From positions 1 through 64,000 of the forward strand of contig NW_026781544.1 in the NCBI RefSeq assembly GCF_030144855.1: 64,000 nucleotides of DNA. The letters run 5' to 3'. The notes beneath the pieces are model-generated. The model saw nothing but the letters and a program-made list of their open reading frames with translations, made no database searches and was not told the origin of the DNA. This DNA comes from Hypanus sabinus. Taxonomy: Eukaryota. Of this stretch, positions 11,666 to 24,800 are shown in pieces; the stretch's first letter is position 1, and each line of letters begins with the position of its first letter. Both the position numbers and the translations under genes were made by a program.

Positions 11666-12284
11666 CGCGATTCTGCAGCGCTGTTCGATAGCAAATGCCC
11701 TGTTCGCTTCCTCCCTGAGCTCTCTTGTCGAAGGTGCTCCCGGATATGACGTCGATACTGTCCGTACCACAATTGCCAATCGATCTCCTGCTTACGATAT
11801 CATTGTCTGATCGTCTACTCCGGAAGGAAATGGCAACTACCCGGAGTCATGTTCCAGGCGGAGACCATGCAGCCCCTCGGTTCCGTTCCTCTCAGCACGC
11901 CAGCTCTCCTACCGAAGCCCGTCGTGTCAGCCTGAGGTTGGCGCGTTTTTCGCAAAACCTTCCCTTTCCATGTACCTGCCCAGATGTCATTCCGACGCTG
12001 GTAATTTTGTGTGCACATCCCACCGTCTGTATTACTCTTTGTAATAACCCATCATTTTAAAGCCCCTGGAACACCATTCACCTTCAACCCAGATCTACGA
12101 CTTATAGATTTATGGACATGGGTTTTGCATGTTACCTTTACGTGGAACCCATTAAGTTGTTCTTTCTTGTTTAGTGTGCAATATTATATCCTGACCGATA
12201 TGAAAATGTACCACGGTATAATGGTGAATGAAGGAATCAACCAATCAATCACGTCCTCACGCGAATTTCCGTTAAGAATTTGTG

Positions 12285-12298
12285 CGGCAGAGGGCGCT
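12285..12298 (+). promoter_or_regulatory. CTCF-like motif CGGCAGAGGGCGCT (related copies 43969-43982 and 49545-49558)
   Basis: Motif match followed by the shared flank gttg in all three copies. Confidence 0.55.
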
Positions 12299-12931
12299 GT
12301 TGGAACACGGAATTAGTTAGAGGTTGCACCCGGAGACGGGAAATGCAATTCATTCTGCCCATCGAAACGTAATAATATCAGTTCAAATGAGGGAAACATG
12401 AAGCCTACCTCGTCACATTCTCCGTATATCTGCCCGTCTATCATGTACCTTACCTCCGTCAGTAGACTTTCTGAATGCCTCACTCAGTCTGGTAATGCTC
12501 CCCTTTCACCATTCTCCTTTCTCATTTCCCTCTCACGATCCCTCCTTTCACCTCCCTCTGGTTCTCCTCCCACTTTTCTTACTTCTGTCCTCACCTATCA
12601 GACTCCCCATTGTCCAACCCTGTATATCCTTCACCAATCAATTTCCTAACTTTTAATTTCACACAAGGCTTTTACGAGATGGGATTGCTATAACTGTGCC
12701 GAATACACCCCCTTTCACAAACTACTGTCTATGGGCGGAGTTTAATTCCATCGATCAATGAGAGCTTGGGCGTAACTACTTGCCGATGCGGCGCAGTATG
12801 ACCCGTCAATCATCGAGAGGGGGCGTGGATACTGACTCCTGGTGTCTAATCGGCTGGGCAATGTAAACTGTTTGAAAGCCCGTTCCCCTCCTTGATACTC
12901 TCAATAACAAGAGTGAAACGTCGACATAGTC

Positions 12932-13980
12932 ATGTTTCTCTTACTGGTGATGATAACGTTATTTCATGGTGAGTGTTTCATGAAACGGGCCTGTTTTGTT
13001 TCAGCTTTTTATGCACTTTTTATTTCTCACAGTCACTCACTAACGCACTGGCTTTCCGTCCTCACGTTTTTATGTGTTCTCTCGCCAAACTTCTTCTCCC
13101 TTCTCTCATCGCCTTTATCTGACCTTATCTCTATTCCGTGAGCACTCATCGTTTGTAATTGCATAACTTCACTCAGCTCTACAACTTTTTTTTTTTTACT
13201 TTTTTTCCACCTTTAACCCTTCCTCTGATATTCTCCTGTCCGTCTCCATTTACTTCCACCTATTCATTTATCTTTTAGTGCGCCTACGTAGTGGTTTATG
13301 TTTTAAATATCATTAACTATCTAAGTGTATGTTTGCCTATCTTCTTATCTAAGTTCTCGCCAATTCATTTATCTACCTATTAAACCAGAACGCTCTGGGG
13401 ATCGATGTATGTATGTATGTAAGTATCTGTATCTATCTGTTCGTTNNNNNNNNNNNNNNNNNNNNNNNNNNNNNNNNNNNNNNNNNNNNNNNNNNNNNNN
13501 NNNNNNNNNNNNNNNNNNNNNNNNNNNNNNNNNNNNNNNNNNNNNNNNNNNNNNNNNNNNNNNNNNNNNNNNNNNNNNNNNNNNNNNNNNNNNNNNNNNN
13601 NNNNNNNNNNNNNNNNNNNNNNNNNNNNNNNNNNNNNNNNNNNNNNNGAAATTATGTTGATTGTCGATTTTATCCTTTCTAGGGGCACGGAGTGAATTAG
13701 TTGTCCAAAAACACCGATTCCTCACCGTACACGAATGGGACTCGGTGATGATATCCTGTTTTGTGCAAAATACCCACCCCAGGACTTATTGGTATCGACA
13801 GGCTCCCAACCAGGGTCTGGAGCTCCTGATCTGCGCCTATAGGAATAACGCCCCGGAGATATCCGAAGGATTCAGGAACAGACTGTCAGCAGTCAGGGGG
13901 TCAGACGATTCCTACCATCTTAACCTGACTGGGCTGTTCCCCGGGGACACGGCTGTGTATTTCTGCGCAAGCGACAGCAC
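12932..13980 (+). CDS. TRBV: V4: TCR beta V gene, CASD singleton, intact (leader 12932-12968, V exon 13683-13980; intron contains N-gap 13446-13647)
   Basis: Leader MFLLLVMITLFH + G|GTGAG; ctag acceptor; exon ARSELVVQ...ISCFVQNTHPRTYWYRQAPNQGLELLICAY...DTAVYFCASDS open. Confidence 0.9.
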
Positions 13981-14019
13981 CACAGCAGTGCCGGCAGACT
14001 AACATATACTGCAAAAACC
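13981..14019 (+). other. 23-RSS of V4 (CACAGCA-23-GCAAAAACC)
   Basis: Read directly; 23-nt spacer. Confidence 0.94.
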
Positions 14020-14610
14020 TATCGTCAAACATAGCCTCCAACCCCCTTCACCACACTCCCCTCCCACCTCCCCTCATCCGCTCAGTGGCAACGGTTTCAT
14101 AACCGGGGCACATTCAGAGGAACCCTTGACTCCCGAAATTCCAAGCTGCCAAATGTTCCCACTTGTCTCCATGGCGACATTACTGACGCTTAGTAACCCA
14201 TTAACATTTTCATTAATACATTAATATTAAACATTAATATTTTAGCTATTGTATATTTAATGCCTAATTATGCATCTGTCTATCTAATATATCTGCCTTA
14301 CTGTCTATCGCTCCCTCATTTTATCTATCTATCCATGTGTCATTCCATCGGTCTATCTATCTACCTGTCGATCTGTCAATATTTGTCTCTCTGTCTATAT
14401 CTAATTTCTCTGTCAGTCCATCTGCCTAACTGACTGCNNNNNNNNNNNNNNNNNNNNNNNNNNNNNNNNNNNNNNNNNNNNNNNNNNNNNNNNNNNNNNN
14501 NNNNNNNNNNNNNNNNNNNNNNNNNNNNNNNNNNNNNNNNNNNNNNNNNNNNNNNNNNNNNNNNNNNNNNNNNNNNNNNNNNNNNNNNNNNNNNNNNNNN
14601 NNNNNNNNNN

Positions 14611-14685
14611 CTTGTCTGCCTGTTTCTCTATCTATCTATCTGTCTGACAACTGCATATCTATATCCATATCTATTATTTATGTGT

Positions 14686-14722
<37 letters not shown>

Positions 14723-14814
14723 TCCTGTGCCTGTGTGTGTCCTTGTCTCTCTGTTTCTCGATCCATCTATCTGTCTGAATAACTGCATATCTATATCCAT
14801 ATCTATTTTCTAAT

Positions 14815-14867
<53 letters not shown>

Positions 14868-14880
14868 CTGTGTGTCGTCC
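14611..14880. repeat. (TCTA)/(GT)n microsatellites in a short tandem duplication
   Basis: (GT)n at about 14688-14720 and 14823-14866 with repeated flanks. Confidence 0.85.
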
Positions 14881-15539
14881 TTGCACTGGACCTGGGGAAC
14901 CAAACTCGTTGTTCAGCTGGCGTGACATCACCAGCTTTGTCTGTGGCCATCTGTTCTCCATTTCTATTCTTGACTGAGACTGAGAGCAGGAAATGGCTCC
15001 GAGAAATGTCCGAACACACTCACCCTCGTATCTTTCTGGCAAATGATCTAAATATCTGCGATAAGTGCCAGCAGCTGCCCGATTTTTTTTATTGCTGTAG
15101 AAGCTCCGACGCGTCTATCCTTTCGATAAAAAAAAACTTCAAAGTACAGGTGCCACCTCGCAACGGTATCGGGACCGCGAACCCCTGACAAATACAGAAT
15201 TCAGCTGCGTGTGTGGCATCTCTATTTTTCCGGAAATCCTAACGGTTTCCGATTTGCACAATGTAATTTACAACTTTATACAGGAGCCGACAACACAGGA
15301 ACAGGCATTTCGGCCTACAATCCGGAGACTCACGAGCTAAGAAGCAAATCAAAAACACCGAAAAACGAATCCTTTTCACATATTGCATGTCCACATCCCT
15401 CCTTCTTCATCACATTTGTACGTCTGCCGACACTTCCTTTTAAAGGCTCTAATGTATTAGCCTTTCCCAGCAGACCAGATAGGCCATTCCTTGACTCTCC
15501 TTCAAATATTTTATTAAATTTCATATACACAAATACAAA

Positions 15540-16260
15540 ATTCATAAGTATATTTATTATACATCAAAATAAATCAGCAAAAATGCAGTATATATAAATC
15601 ACACTGATGCAATCATTGATCATGATCAATCAACTAAAATAAATTGATCTCTGAAATACAATAAATATATGGTTAATTATATTATTTAAAAAACCTACAC
15701 CCAATATCAAGTACAATTTGGGTGAAAAAAAAAGAGAAAAATGAGCACTGTACCAGGTAGTGCTTTGATATAATAGCCTAGATCTGTAACAATAACAATT
15801 CAAAGTTTCTTAAAATAGTTCAGAAAGAGTCCCCATAGATGTTTGAATCAGAAGTCCAACAACGAATCTTCTCCAGATTTAAACATGACATAACATCGTA
15901 TAACCATTACGCATTTGTGTGTGGCGTGGTGTGGGGACCTCCTTCCATTTAAGCAAGATCGCTATCCAAGACAAATAGAAATAAAAGCCAGTAACTGCAA
16001 ATAAGAAGGCTCCAAACTTATAACTCTCCTCAAAAGCACCAAGTAATGCAGTCAAGGGATTGGGCTTAAAATTAACTTTAAAAATGTACCGAGAGAGTTT
16101 GGGATACATCTTTCCAAAATTTTCCAAGCTGGAACATGACTAAAACATAGAATTAATGAATCTTCTCTGATTATTACATCTGTTGATTATCTGAGTAAAA
16201 TAATAACACTGACATCCTACTTAAATCCTGGGAAAAGTATTCTGCATGTCTCCACCTTTC
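15540..16260 (-). mobile_element. L1/Tx1-like LINE 3' fragment
   Basis: ORF 15879..16127 (-) with ...AILLKWKEVPTP..., typical of fish L1/Tx1 ORF2 ends; AT-rich tail. Confidence 0.55.
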
Positions 16261-16339
16261 ATAATCTTATAAACCTCCATTGGGGAGGGGTCAGAGTAGA
16301 CTTACGAGCTTGCTTCCAGGAAAGAAAGGGTTACCGTAA

Positions 16340-18085
16340 GAGGAACGTCTGTCAGCTCTTGGGCTGTATTCCCTGGAGTTCAGGAGAAGGAGAGGGGATA
16401 TTATAGAACCAGTAGGAATGTTATAAGGCCTGAACAGAGTGGATATGACAGGTGTTCTCCAAGGTAGGGGATTCTAGGAGAAGAAAGCTTGAAGGACATC
16501 CTTTTAGAACTGAGATGCAGGAGAAATTACTTTAGTCAGAAGGAGGTAAATTTCTTGCCACGACCGGCTGTAGAGACCAAGTCATTGAATGCATTTAAAG
16601 CAGTATAGATTGTTTCTTGATTAGGTAGATTTAAAATGGTAATGGGAGAAGGCAGAGGAGTGGGGATGACTGGAAGAATTGGGGGAGACAATGCTTGAAT
16701 AACGGAGCAGATTCGATGAGCCAAATGGGTTATTTCTTCTCCTATATCTTATGGTGTTACGTTCGTTCAGATCTCCCCTCAGCCTCCGCTGCTCCTGCGA
16801 AAACAATCAGGTTTCCCCAGCTTCCAATGATCGCGCATTTTTTCTAAAGCTGTCAGCTTCCTGGTGAATCTCCTCAGAACCCTTTCCACTATTCAGATTT
16901 CTTCCTGTAGTGGAGCGACCATATGTCTCTGTAATTCTCAAAAAGCAGACTGACGAGATTTCTATAAAGTTGCAACATAATATCTTGATGTTTGAAGACA
17001 GTGCCTTGACTAATAAAAGCAGGCACTCGATAATGCTTCTTAACCAACATATAGACATGCACAGCCATTTTCAAGGATCTATGAGCTTGTACCCCAGGAT
17101 CTCCCTGTTGAAAGACACTTGCTAGGGTGACATTCTATTTGCATTTGCCCTACCAAAGTAAAACACCTCACTAAAACACGAGATTCCGTGGAACTGAAGA
17201 GAAATCCGGACTGTATGTTATTCCCAGATCCATGGTCAGGGAAGTCTCGGGTCGGGCTCACGACACTCTGGGTGAGGAGCCAGAAGTCTCTGTATATGTT
17301 GGTACCACCGACATCTCTTAACATCTCCTCTGTACCTCCTTACAAACAATTTAAACTGTGCCTTCATTGTATTACCCGATTTAGCTCTGGGAAAAGAAAA
17401 CCTCCGACTATCCACACAATCAATGCCTCTCATCATGTTATACTCCTCGCTCAGGTCACCTCCCAAATACGTCGGTCCAAGGAGAAAAGGCGGAGTTCAC
17501 TCAAATTATTCTCATAAGGCATGCTCTCCAATCCAGGTTACATCCTTGTTAATCCGTTCTGCAACCTTCCTATGATTTCCACGTCCTTCCTGTCGTGACG
17601 CGACCAGAACTGAGCACGTGGGTTCTGACCAGATTCCTATATTGCTGCAACATTACCTCTCGGCTGTTAAACTCAATCCCACGATTGGTGAAGGCCAATG
17701 CACCGCACGCCTTCTTAACCACAGGGTCAACCTGCACGGCACCTTTGAGCGACCTATGGACTCGGGCCCCAAGACCTCTCTGATTCTTAGTCGGATGAGG
17801 AAGTTTTGTATGGGCCCCCAAATCCAAACAACTTTCTACAGGGGCACAATTAACAGCATGCTGACTGGCTGCACCACTGCCTGGTATGGGAACTGTAACT
17901 CCTTTAATCGTCGCACTCTGCATAGTGTGGTGTGGACAGCGCAGCGCGTCTGCAGTTGTGAACTTCCCATGATTGAGGACATTAACAAGGACGGCCATCC
18001 CAAACACAATCTATTCCAACTGCTCCCATACTGAAAGCGGTACCAATAGGATTCGGGGCAGCTTCTTCTACCAGGCCGTTAGAAT
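16340..18085. mobile_element. Nested decayed LINE fragments (CR1 + at 16340-16760, CR1 - at 16790-17600, Rex1-like + at 17610-18085)
   Basis: FYRGTINSMLTGCTTAWYGNC (Rex1-like); DVMLQLYRNLV-like CR1 pieces on the minus strand. Confidence 0.65.
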
Positions 18086-18713
18086 GAGCAATGAGGAAGC
18101 GTTAGTTAGCAATCTTTTCCTGCGATGCCCCTTGGGTAAGAGTGACCATAATATGGTGGAATTCTGCATTAAGATGGAGAGTGTCATAGCTAATTCAGAT
18201 ACAAAGATTCTGAACTTAAAGAAGGGTAACTTTGAAGGTATGAGACGTGAATTAGTTAAGATAGACTGGCAAATGATACTTAAAGGGTTGACAGTGGATA
18301 TGCAATGACAAGCATTTAACGATCGCATGGATGAACTACAACAGTTGTAAAAAAATAAATCAGGGAATAAACTACTGCGCCCGTGGCTGACAAGGGAAAT
18401 TAGTGATAGAATCAAGTCCAAAGAAGAAACATATAAATTAGCAAAAAAAACGTGGCACACTTGAGGACAGCGAGAAATTCAGAGACCAGCAGAGGAGAAC
18501 AAAGGTCTTAACTAGGAAAAGGAAAAAAAAAAAGATTAGTGAATAGGAAAAGATTGGTCAAGACAAATGTAGGTCCTTTACAGTCAGAAACAGGCGAATT
18601 GATCATAGGGAGCAAATTCATGGCAGAGCAAATGAAAAACTACTTTGGTTCTGTTTTCACTAAGGAGGACATAAACAATCTTCCGGAAATAGTAAGGGAC
18701 CGAGGGTCTAGTG

Positions 18714-21179
18714 CGGGGGTCGGCAACCTGCGGCTCCCGAGCCATTTGTGGCTCTTTCACCTCTGTGCTGCGGCTCCCTGTGGCTTTGGGAAATAATTGG
18801 TCAGTATTTAATTAAAATGTATTTTATGTTAGTTTGTTAGCTATTGAAATGTAATTCTAAATTTGAAGATTATGGTGATCTTGTACAATCTAAGTGTGGC
18901 GACACATTTCCTGGCACATCCGAAACGGCTCACAATTAGCCAGCATTCCGGCTAAGGGAGATAGCCTACGGGGGTTTGTGAGTACGCGTCTTTTGCAGCA
19001 TCTGCGTCCATGCGGGGTGGGTTGAGGGAGGCTTAAAAGCAAGGCTGTTTAGTTCGAATAAAGTTATTCGACTGCAGTTTACTGACTGCGTGAGCACTCC
19101 GCTACAACGTGTTTTTATCGCTATTAATATACGTCACCACTGCCAATACCTGACACCCGCCAGTGCGCAATTTCTTTAATTTTTCGATCCAAGGTAAGCC
19201 AACTATGGAGAATTCTAAAAAAAGAAAAGTGACTGAAGAAAACAGAACGTTTAATGATACGTGGACAGATTCATTTGCTTTCACTGTTGACGAGACTGGT
19301 TTACCGGTATGCTTAATATGCAATGAGAAACTAGCAAACAACAAAAAGTCAAATGTCGCAAGGCATTTCCAGAATAACACGCAGCCTTTGCTCAAAAATA
19401 TCCGGATGGAGATGAGAGAAAAAAAGCCGTTTCGGAACTGATGCGGAAGGTTGATCTGAGCAAAAATCATTTCCAGAAATGGATGAAGTCTGGAAAATCA
19501 ACGACATACGCCAGTTATATTGCCGCTCAGGAAATAGTCAGGCACGGGAAGCAGTTTACAGATGGTGAATATATAAAAGAATCTTTCATTAAGATTTCAG
19601 AACATCTATTCACGGACTTTAAAAACAAGAGTGAAATTGTGCAGAAAATCAGGGATATGCCCCTCTCTGCAAAGACTGTCAAAGACAGAACCATAAAAAT
19701 GGCAGAAGACATCACAAGACAGCAAATTAAAGACATCAATTTAGCTGTGGCCTACTCGATTGCCTGTGACGAGTCTAAAGACAAAGGTGATATTGAACAA
19801 ATAGCGCTGTTCTGCCGGTATGTAAACTCTGCCGGGCCACAGGAAGAACTGATTGAGTTGATACCTCTAAAAGACCAAACACGGGGGGAGGACATCTGTG
19901 AGGCTGTCTTGAATTGTTTAAGAGCCAAAGGAATAAAGACCACCCATCTGGTGTCAGTAGCTACTGATGGGGCACCGAATATGACGGGAACGCACAAGGG
20001 ATTTGTGGCTTTACTGCAGAAGTCGCTGGACAGAAAGCTGCTGACTTTTCACTGCATCTTGCACCAAGAGGCACTGTGCGCTCAAACATTTCCTCCGGAA
20101 TGCACAGAAGTAATGGATGCTGTCATTCAGATTGTCAATAAAATAATGGCAAAAAGTTTAAATCACCGTCAATTCCGTTTGTTACTGGACGAGCTGGAAA
20201 GCGCATATTCTGATCTCCTGCTGCACAACAAAGTCCGGTGGCTGTCCAAAGGGGAGGTGCTGAAACGCTTTGTCGCGTGTCTGGAAGAAGTGAAAACTTT
20301 CCTGGGCAGCAAAGTGCTCACCTTTCCTGAGCTGGAACAGCCAGAGTGGCTGGAAAAGCTACACTTCATGGTAGACATGACAGCGCACCTGAACACGCTG
20401 AACACAGCTCTTCAGGGGAAAGGACGCACAGCCCTGCACATGTTGGAGGATGTCTTGGCATTCGAGCGCAAGTTGACAGTGCTTGCCAGAGATTTACAGA
20501 AAGGCACTTTGTCTCACTTCCCCAATTTGAGAGAGTTCAAACAAGGTCACGACATGATAAATTCGGAGTATTTACATTCTGCAATCATCGCAATGCAAAC
20601 ATCGTTTGGGAAACGCTTCTGTGAGTTCAGAGAGGAAAAAAAACACATTATCCTTCCCGGTCACTCCCCTAAGCATCGATCCATCCCTACTGAATACGAC
20701 TGCATTGTCAGGTGTGAGTCAACCTGAACAAGTATGATAAATATTTTAATTGCCTATTATTTTACGTATATTCATATGTTTTCATTGTTCAGTGAAATAG
20801 TCCTTTTATTTTTCAGGTTGACAGCTGGCTGACGTTATTTTTGGTTTGCTGCTGGCGGCAAATTTAAGTTTGGCGTTTTTCATAAATACAAGAAGAACTC
20901 AAATAGACATTGAGTATTTTACTTAAAAGTAACCTTCAACCCAACCTCTTTTTTTCGGAGTTCAAAATGTTTTTGTTGCATGCAGAAATGTAATTTCGTT
21001 TTCTCTGCAGGAGTTCATCAATTTCATAAATGCAACACATTATAGTTTGTTTATACATAGCATAAAGGCAAAACAAAACGTTGTATGCAGTGTTATTTCA
21101 TTTTAATGGTCAAACGGGTTTTGCGGCTCCCAGTGTTTTCTTTTCTGTGGGAAACGGGTCCAAGTGGCTCTTTCAGTGG
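18714..21179 (+). mobile_element. hAT-superfamily (Charlie/Buster-type) DNA transposon, defective, inserted in a CR1 LINE; right TIR missing
   Basis: Left TIR-like cgggggtcggcaacctg at 18714 after the target gtctagtg; transposase homology; ends abruptly at ...ggctctttcagtgg, where CR1 sequence resumes. Confidence 0.88.
19205..20727 (+). pseudogene. hAT transposase pseudogene (GTF2IRD2/ZBED-like annotation class)
   Basis: N-terminal zinc-finger-like PVCLICNEKLANNKKSNVARHF; SIACDES, VATDGAPNM, FHCILHQEALC and VRWLSKG motifs; frameshift near 19376, another near 20640, and the C-terminal dimerisation region is absent. Confidence 0.9.
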
Positions 21180-23169
21180 AACTGAGGGAAATAAATGTTT
21201 GTAAGGAAGTGGTGTTAGGTAAATTGAAGGGATTAAAGGCAGACAAATCCCCAGGGCCAGAATGCTTAAGGAAGTAGCCCAAGAAACAGTGGCTGCATTA
21301 GCGATAATTTTTTCAAAACTCCTCATATTCTGGATTAGTTCCTAGGATTGGTGGGTGGCTAACCCCACTTTAAAAAAAAAAAAACAGGGAGAGATAAACC
21401 GGGGAATTAATGACCGGTTAGTCTGACATCGGTGGTGCGGAAAATGCTGGAGACGGTTATCAAATATGTGATAACAGCACATTTGGAAAGAGGTGAAATT
21501 ATCGGACAAAGTCAGCACGAATTTGTGAAAGGAAAATCATGTCTGACGAATCTTATATAATTTTTTGAAGATGTAACTAGTAGAGTGGATAGGGGAGAAC
21601 CAGTGGATGTGGTATATTTAGATTTTCAAAAGTCTTTTGACAAGGTCCCACAAGGAGATTGGCAAGGAGATTAGTGTGCAAACTTAAAGCACACGGTATT
21701 GGGGGTATGGTATTGATGTTGATAGAGAATTGGTTGGAAGTCAGGAAGCAAAGAGTGGTTGTAAACGGGCCCTTTTCAGAATGGCAGGCAATGACTCGTG
21801 GGCTACCGCAAGGCTCAGTGCTGGGAGCCCAGTTGTTTACAATATATATTAATGATATAGACGAGGGATTTAAATGCAGCATCTCCAAGTTACCGGATGA
21901 CACGAAGCTGTGCGGCGGTGTTAGCTCTGAGGAGGATGCTAAGAGGATGCAGGGTGACTTGGATAGGTTAGGTGAGAGGGCAAATCATGGCAGATGCAAT
22001 TTAATGTGTATAAACGTGACGGTATCCACTTTGGTTGCAAGAACAGGAAAACAATTATTATCAGAACGGTGGCCGATTAGGAAAAGGCTGGTGCAACGAG
22101 ACCTGGGTGTCATTGTACATCAGTCATTGAATGTGGACATGCAGGTACAGCAGGGGGTGAAAAAGGCAAATTGTATGTTGACAGTCATAGCACAAGGACT
22201 TGAGTACAGAAGCAGGGAGGTTCGAATGCAGTTGTTCAAGGCCTTGGTGAAACCGCACTTAAAATTATTGTGCGCAGTTTTGGTCCCCTCATCTGAGGAA
22301 AGACATTCCTGCCATAGAGGAAGTACAGAGAAGGTTCGTTCACCAGATTGATTCCTGGGATGGCAGGACTTTCATATGAAGAAAGACTGGATTGACTCGT
22401 GTTATACTCACTGGAATGAGAAGATTGAGGGGGGATATTATTGAAACGTATAAAATTCTAAAGGGTTTGGAAAGGCTAGATGCAGGAAGTTTGTTTCCGA
22501 TTTTAGGTAAGTCCAGAACGAGGGGTCACAGTTTAAGGATTAAAGGGAAGCCTTTTAGCACCGAGATGAGGAAAAACTTCTTCAGACAGAGAGTGGTGAA
22601 TCTGTGGAATTCTCAGCCACAGGAAACAGTTGAGGCCGGTTCATTGGCTATATTTAAGAGGAAGTTAGATATGGCCCTTGTGGCTAAAGGGATCGGGGGT
22701 ATGGAGAGAAAGCAGGTACAGGGTTCTGAGTTGGATGATCAGCCATGATCATACTGAATGGCGGTCCAGGCTCGAAGGGCCGAATGGCCTACTCCTTGCA
22801 TCTATTTTTAATGTTTCTATGTTTCTATGACGAGTGATTTTTACCCCTCATGTTTGTGAAGGATGTAAGAAATAATTTCAATTCAATTCAATTTAGATCT
22901 TTATCATTTTATTTACTTTACAACTAAGAGCTCATGTTTGTTCCACTGTCTGTGGACGCTGCCGGAACTACTGGGAAATCCCGATGTGGTTGTTCTAATA
23001 GTTGTGGTATTTTTAGCTAATTCCATGTACATACCTCTCTCTGTCTGAACATGTTACTCCTAAATTTTCACCATTTCACCAAGAAGCTATACGTTCAGTC
23101 TGGAAGCGTTATCCCTCTAATCCTTCCCCATTTCAGAGCCTTTTTTACAGATTCAGCAGAGTGAACCAA

Positions 23170-23350
23170 CATCGTCCAATTACCCCCGGGTGACCAAATA
23201 ACCTACTACCATTTATGTCTTCGGAATGTGGGATGAAACCGGAGCACCCGCATGAAATTTACGCGGTCCAGAGTAGAACGTTGGAATTCCTTATAAAACT
23301 GAACGAGGCTCGCTGGCGATGCCATTCCGTCACGTCAACCGTGCTGCCCC
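23170..23350 (-). mobile_element. V-SINE (HE1-like) fragment; similar pieces at about 8880-9060, 25640-25860, 30800-30905, 39060-39260, 39330-39460, 44670-44790
   Basis: gtggga.gaaaccggagcacc(c) / gggtttcctccgggtg.tccggtttcc V-domain core. Confidence 0.65.
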
Positions 23351-23869
23351 TGAATACTACTCGGCTTTGTAAATGTAATTGCATCAGCCACTTCCCGTGT
23401 GTAGAGAAGTTTCATCGCATTTTCCCCCTCCTGTTAAAACTTTACTTTTCTACAGAACAGATACTGCAGACACTGGAAAACAAAAGTAGCAGACAAGGTA
23501 ATGGTGAGGGAGCCGGTCATGGAGGCCGGTGTGACCGTCGGTGTAGGAGGGGATCACGGATCGGGGAGGGATATAGGGGAGGGAAAATAACGAAAACAGG
23601 GCCTATGTATGAGAGGGAGGGTCTGCCGGAGATGCTGAGCAGCGTATTGTAGGGGGAGATCACAATAACCGGGCTATGTAGGGGAGGGAGAGTTTACTGA
23701 GAAGCGGAGGGTTGCAGGGGATAGATGGAATGGCAGGGACAGGGATTTATGTAAGGGAGGACGAGGGTAATAGAGATCGAGATAGGCGTAGAGAAGGGAG
23801 TGTTGACGGAGAATGGGAGGAGCGACCTCTGAGTTGACTCAAGATAGCTGAACACCCTTTTTGGACCAA

Positions 23870-24370
23870 ACTGTAATTAGTGGCCCTTCGCTACTTAATC
23901 AATACATTCTTCCCCCTCGATTGGAGCTGGCGGGAAGACGCACTTCGCATGCACGCTGGTACTGGTAGAGAATGTGTGGGCACTGGATCTCTTGTTAACC
24001 TCAGCTGGGCAAATCTCCATCAGCACCTACACGCCTGTCGGATACACGGCCAAGATGTTCAGTGATACGTGCTTCTTACTGGAAATGAAGGAACCCTCGC
24101 CCTCTCAATCGGCCGTCCTCTTCTGCGCTTGCTGTACCTCGCAGAGCCTCAAGAGGTGGACCTCCCTTTGAAAACCGTTCCCCAACTTGGACGATGGAGG
24201 TGAGACTGATCCCCAACAAACGCCGTGGTAACTCTGTTTCCTCGGCTGTATTGAAGTACATTTGTTCTTCCTCGAGGTGGCAGCACATGTAATATATCGG
24301 GCTCACGTCTTCCACGATTGTGTCACAGTGACAGATCCAGGACTGGCCTGCTTTTGTCAACTGGAAGAAG
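23870..24370 (-). mobile_element. RTE-like LINE 3' remnant
   Basis: LPRRLLGISL segment in ORF 24076..24360 (-), resembling RTE CLRRILGISW. Confidence 0.45.
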
Positions 24371-24739
24371 TGATGACGTATTTCTATTAATTCTAAAATG
24401 ATTTATTTTAAAATTCCTGGATAATTTGTTATCATTTACTTTCTTTGGCAATACAGCAATCCTACCAGCCCAACGGATACGCGCAGGACAATTTCTCCCA
24501 TGTGACCATTTGATTAATCAACTCTTACGTCTTTGCACTATGGGAGGAAATCGAACGACACTGAGGAGACCCACGCAGTTATGGAGAAAGCAGAACGAAA
24601 CGCGGGCTCATATCGCTGACAGGACACAGAGAAAGAGATAGACAGATGGAGAGAGACAGTGAAAGTGAGAAAGAGAGAGGGACAGTGACACAGGATATTA
24701 CTACAAAACGTTATTTAATGTCGTAGAGAGCGAGGGACA

Positions 24740-24754
24740 GAGAGAGAGAGACAC

Positions 24755-24789
<35 letters not shown>

Positions 24790-24800
24790 CGACAGACAGA
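24740..24800. repeat. (GA)n/(GACA)n microsatellite
   Basis: Read directly. Confidence 0.85.

Larger units (their letters stand above)
18090..22830 (+). mobile_element. CR1-clade LINE, 5'-truncated and decayed ORF2 (RT), split by the hAT
   Basis: LDFQKSFDKVPH-like, PQGSVLG, FTIYIND and KLPDDTKL motifs; RRLRGDIIETYKILKG; 3' tail ctatgtttctatg at about 22815-22830. Confidence 0.9.

Noticed and set aside
14887-14916. J-like peptide WTWGTKLVVQ
   Set aside because: Lacks the first Gly of F/W-G-X-G, has no 12-RSS nonamer (upstream is a GT microsatellite) and no GT splice donor after it.
23456-23497. 42-nt AG...GT-bounded mini-exon candidate
   Set aside because: Resembles the common elasmobranch repeat end (atactgcaga..ctggaaa); no partner exons or recognisable peptide.
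23736-23746. GGGACAGGGAT resembling the conserved Dbeta core GGGACAGGGGGC
   Set aside because: No flanking 12- or 23-RSS; it lies in a purine-rich low-complexity tract.
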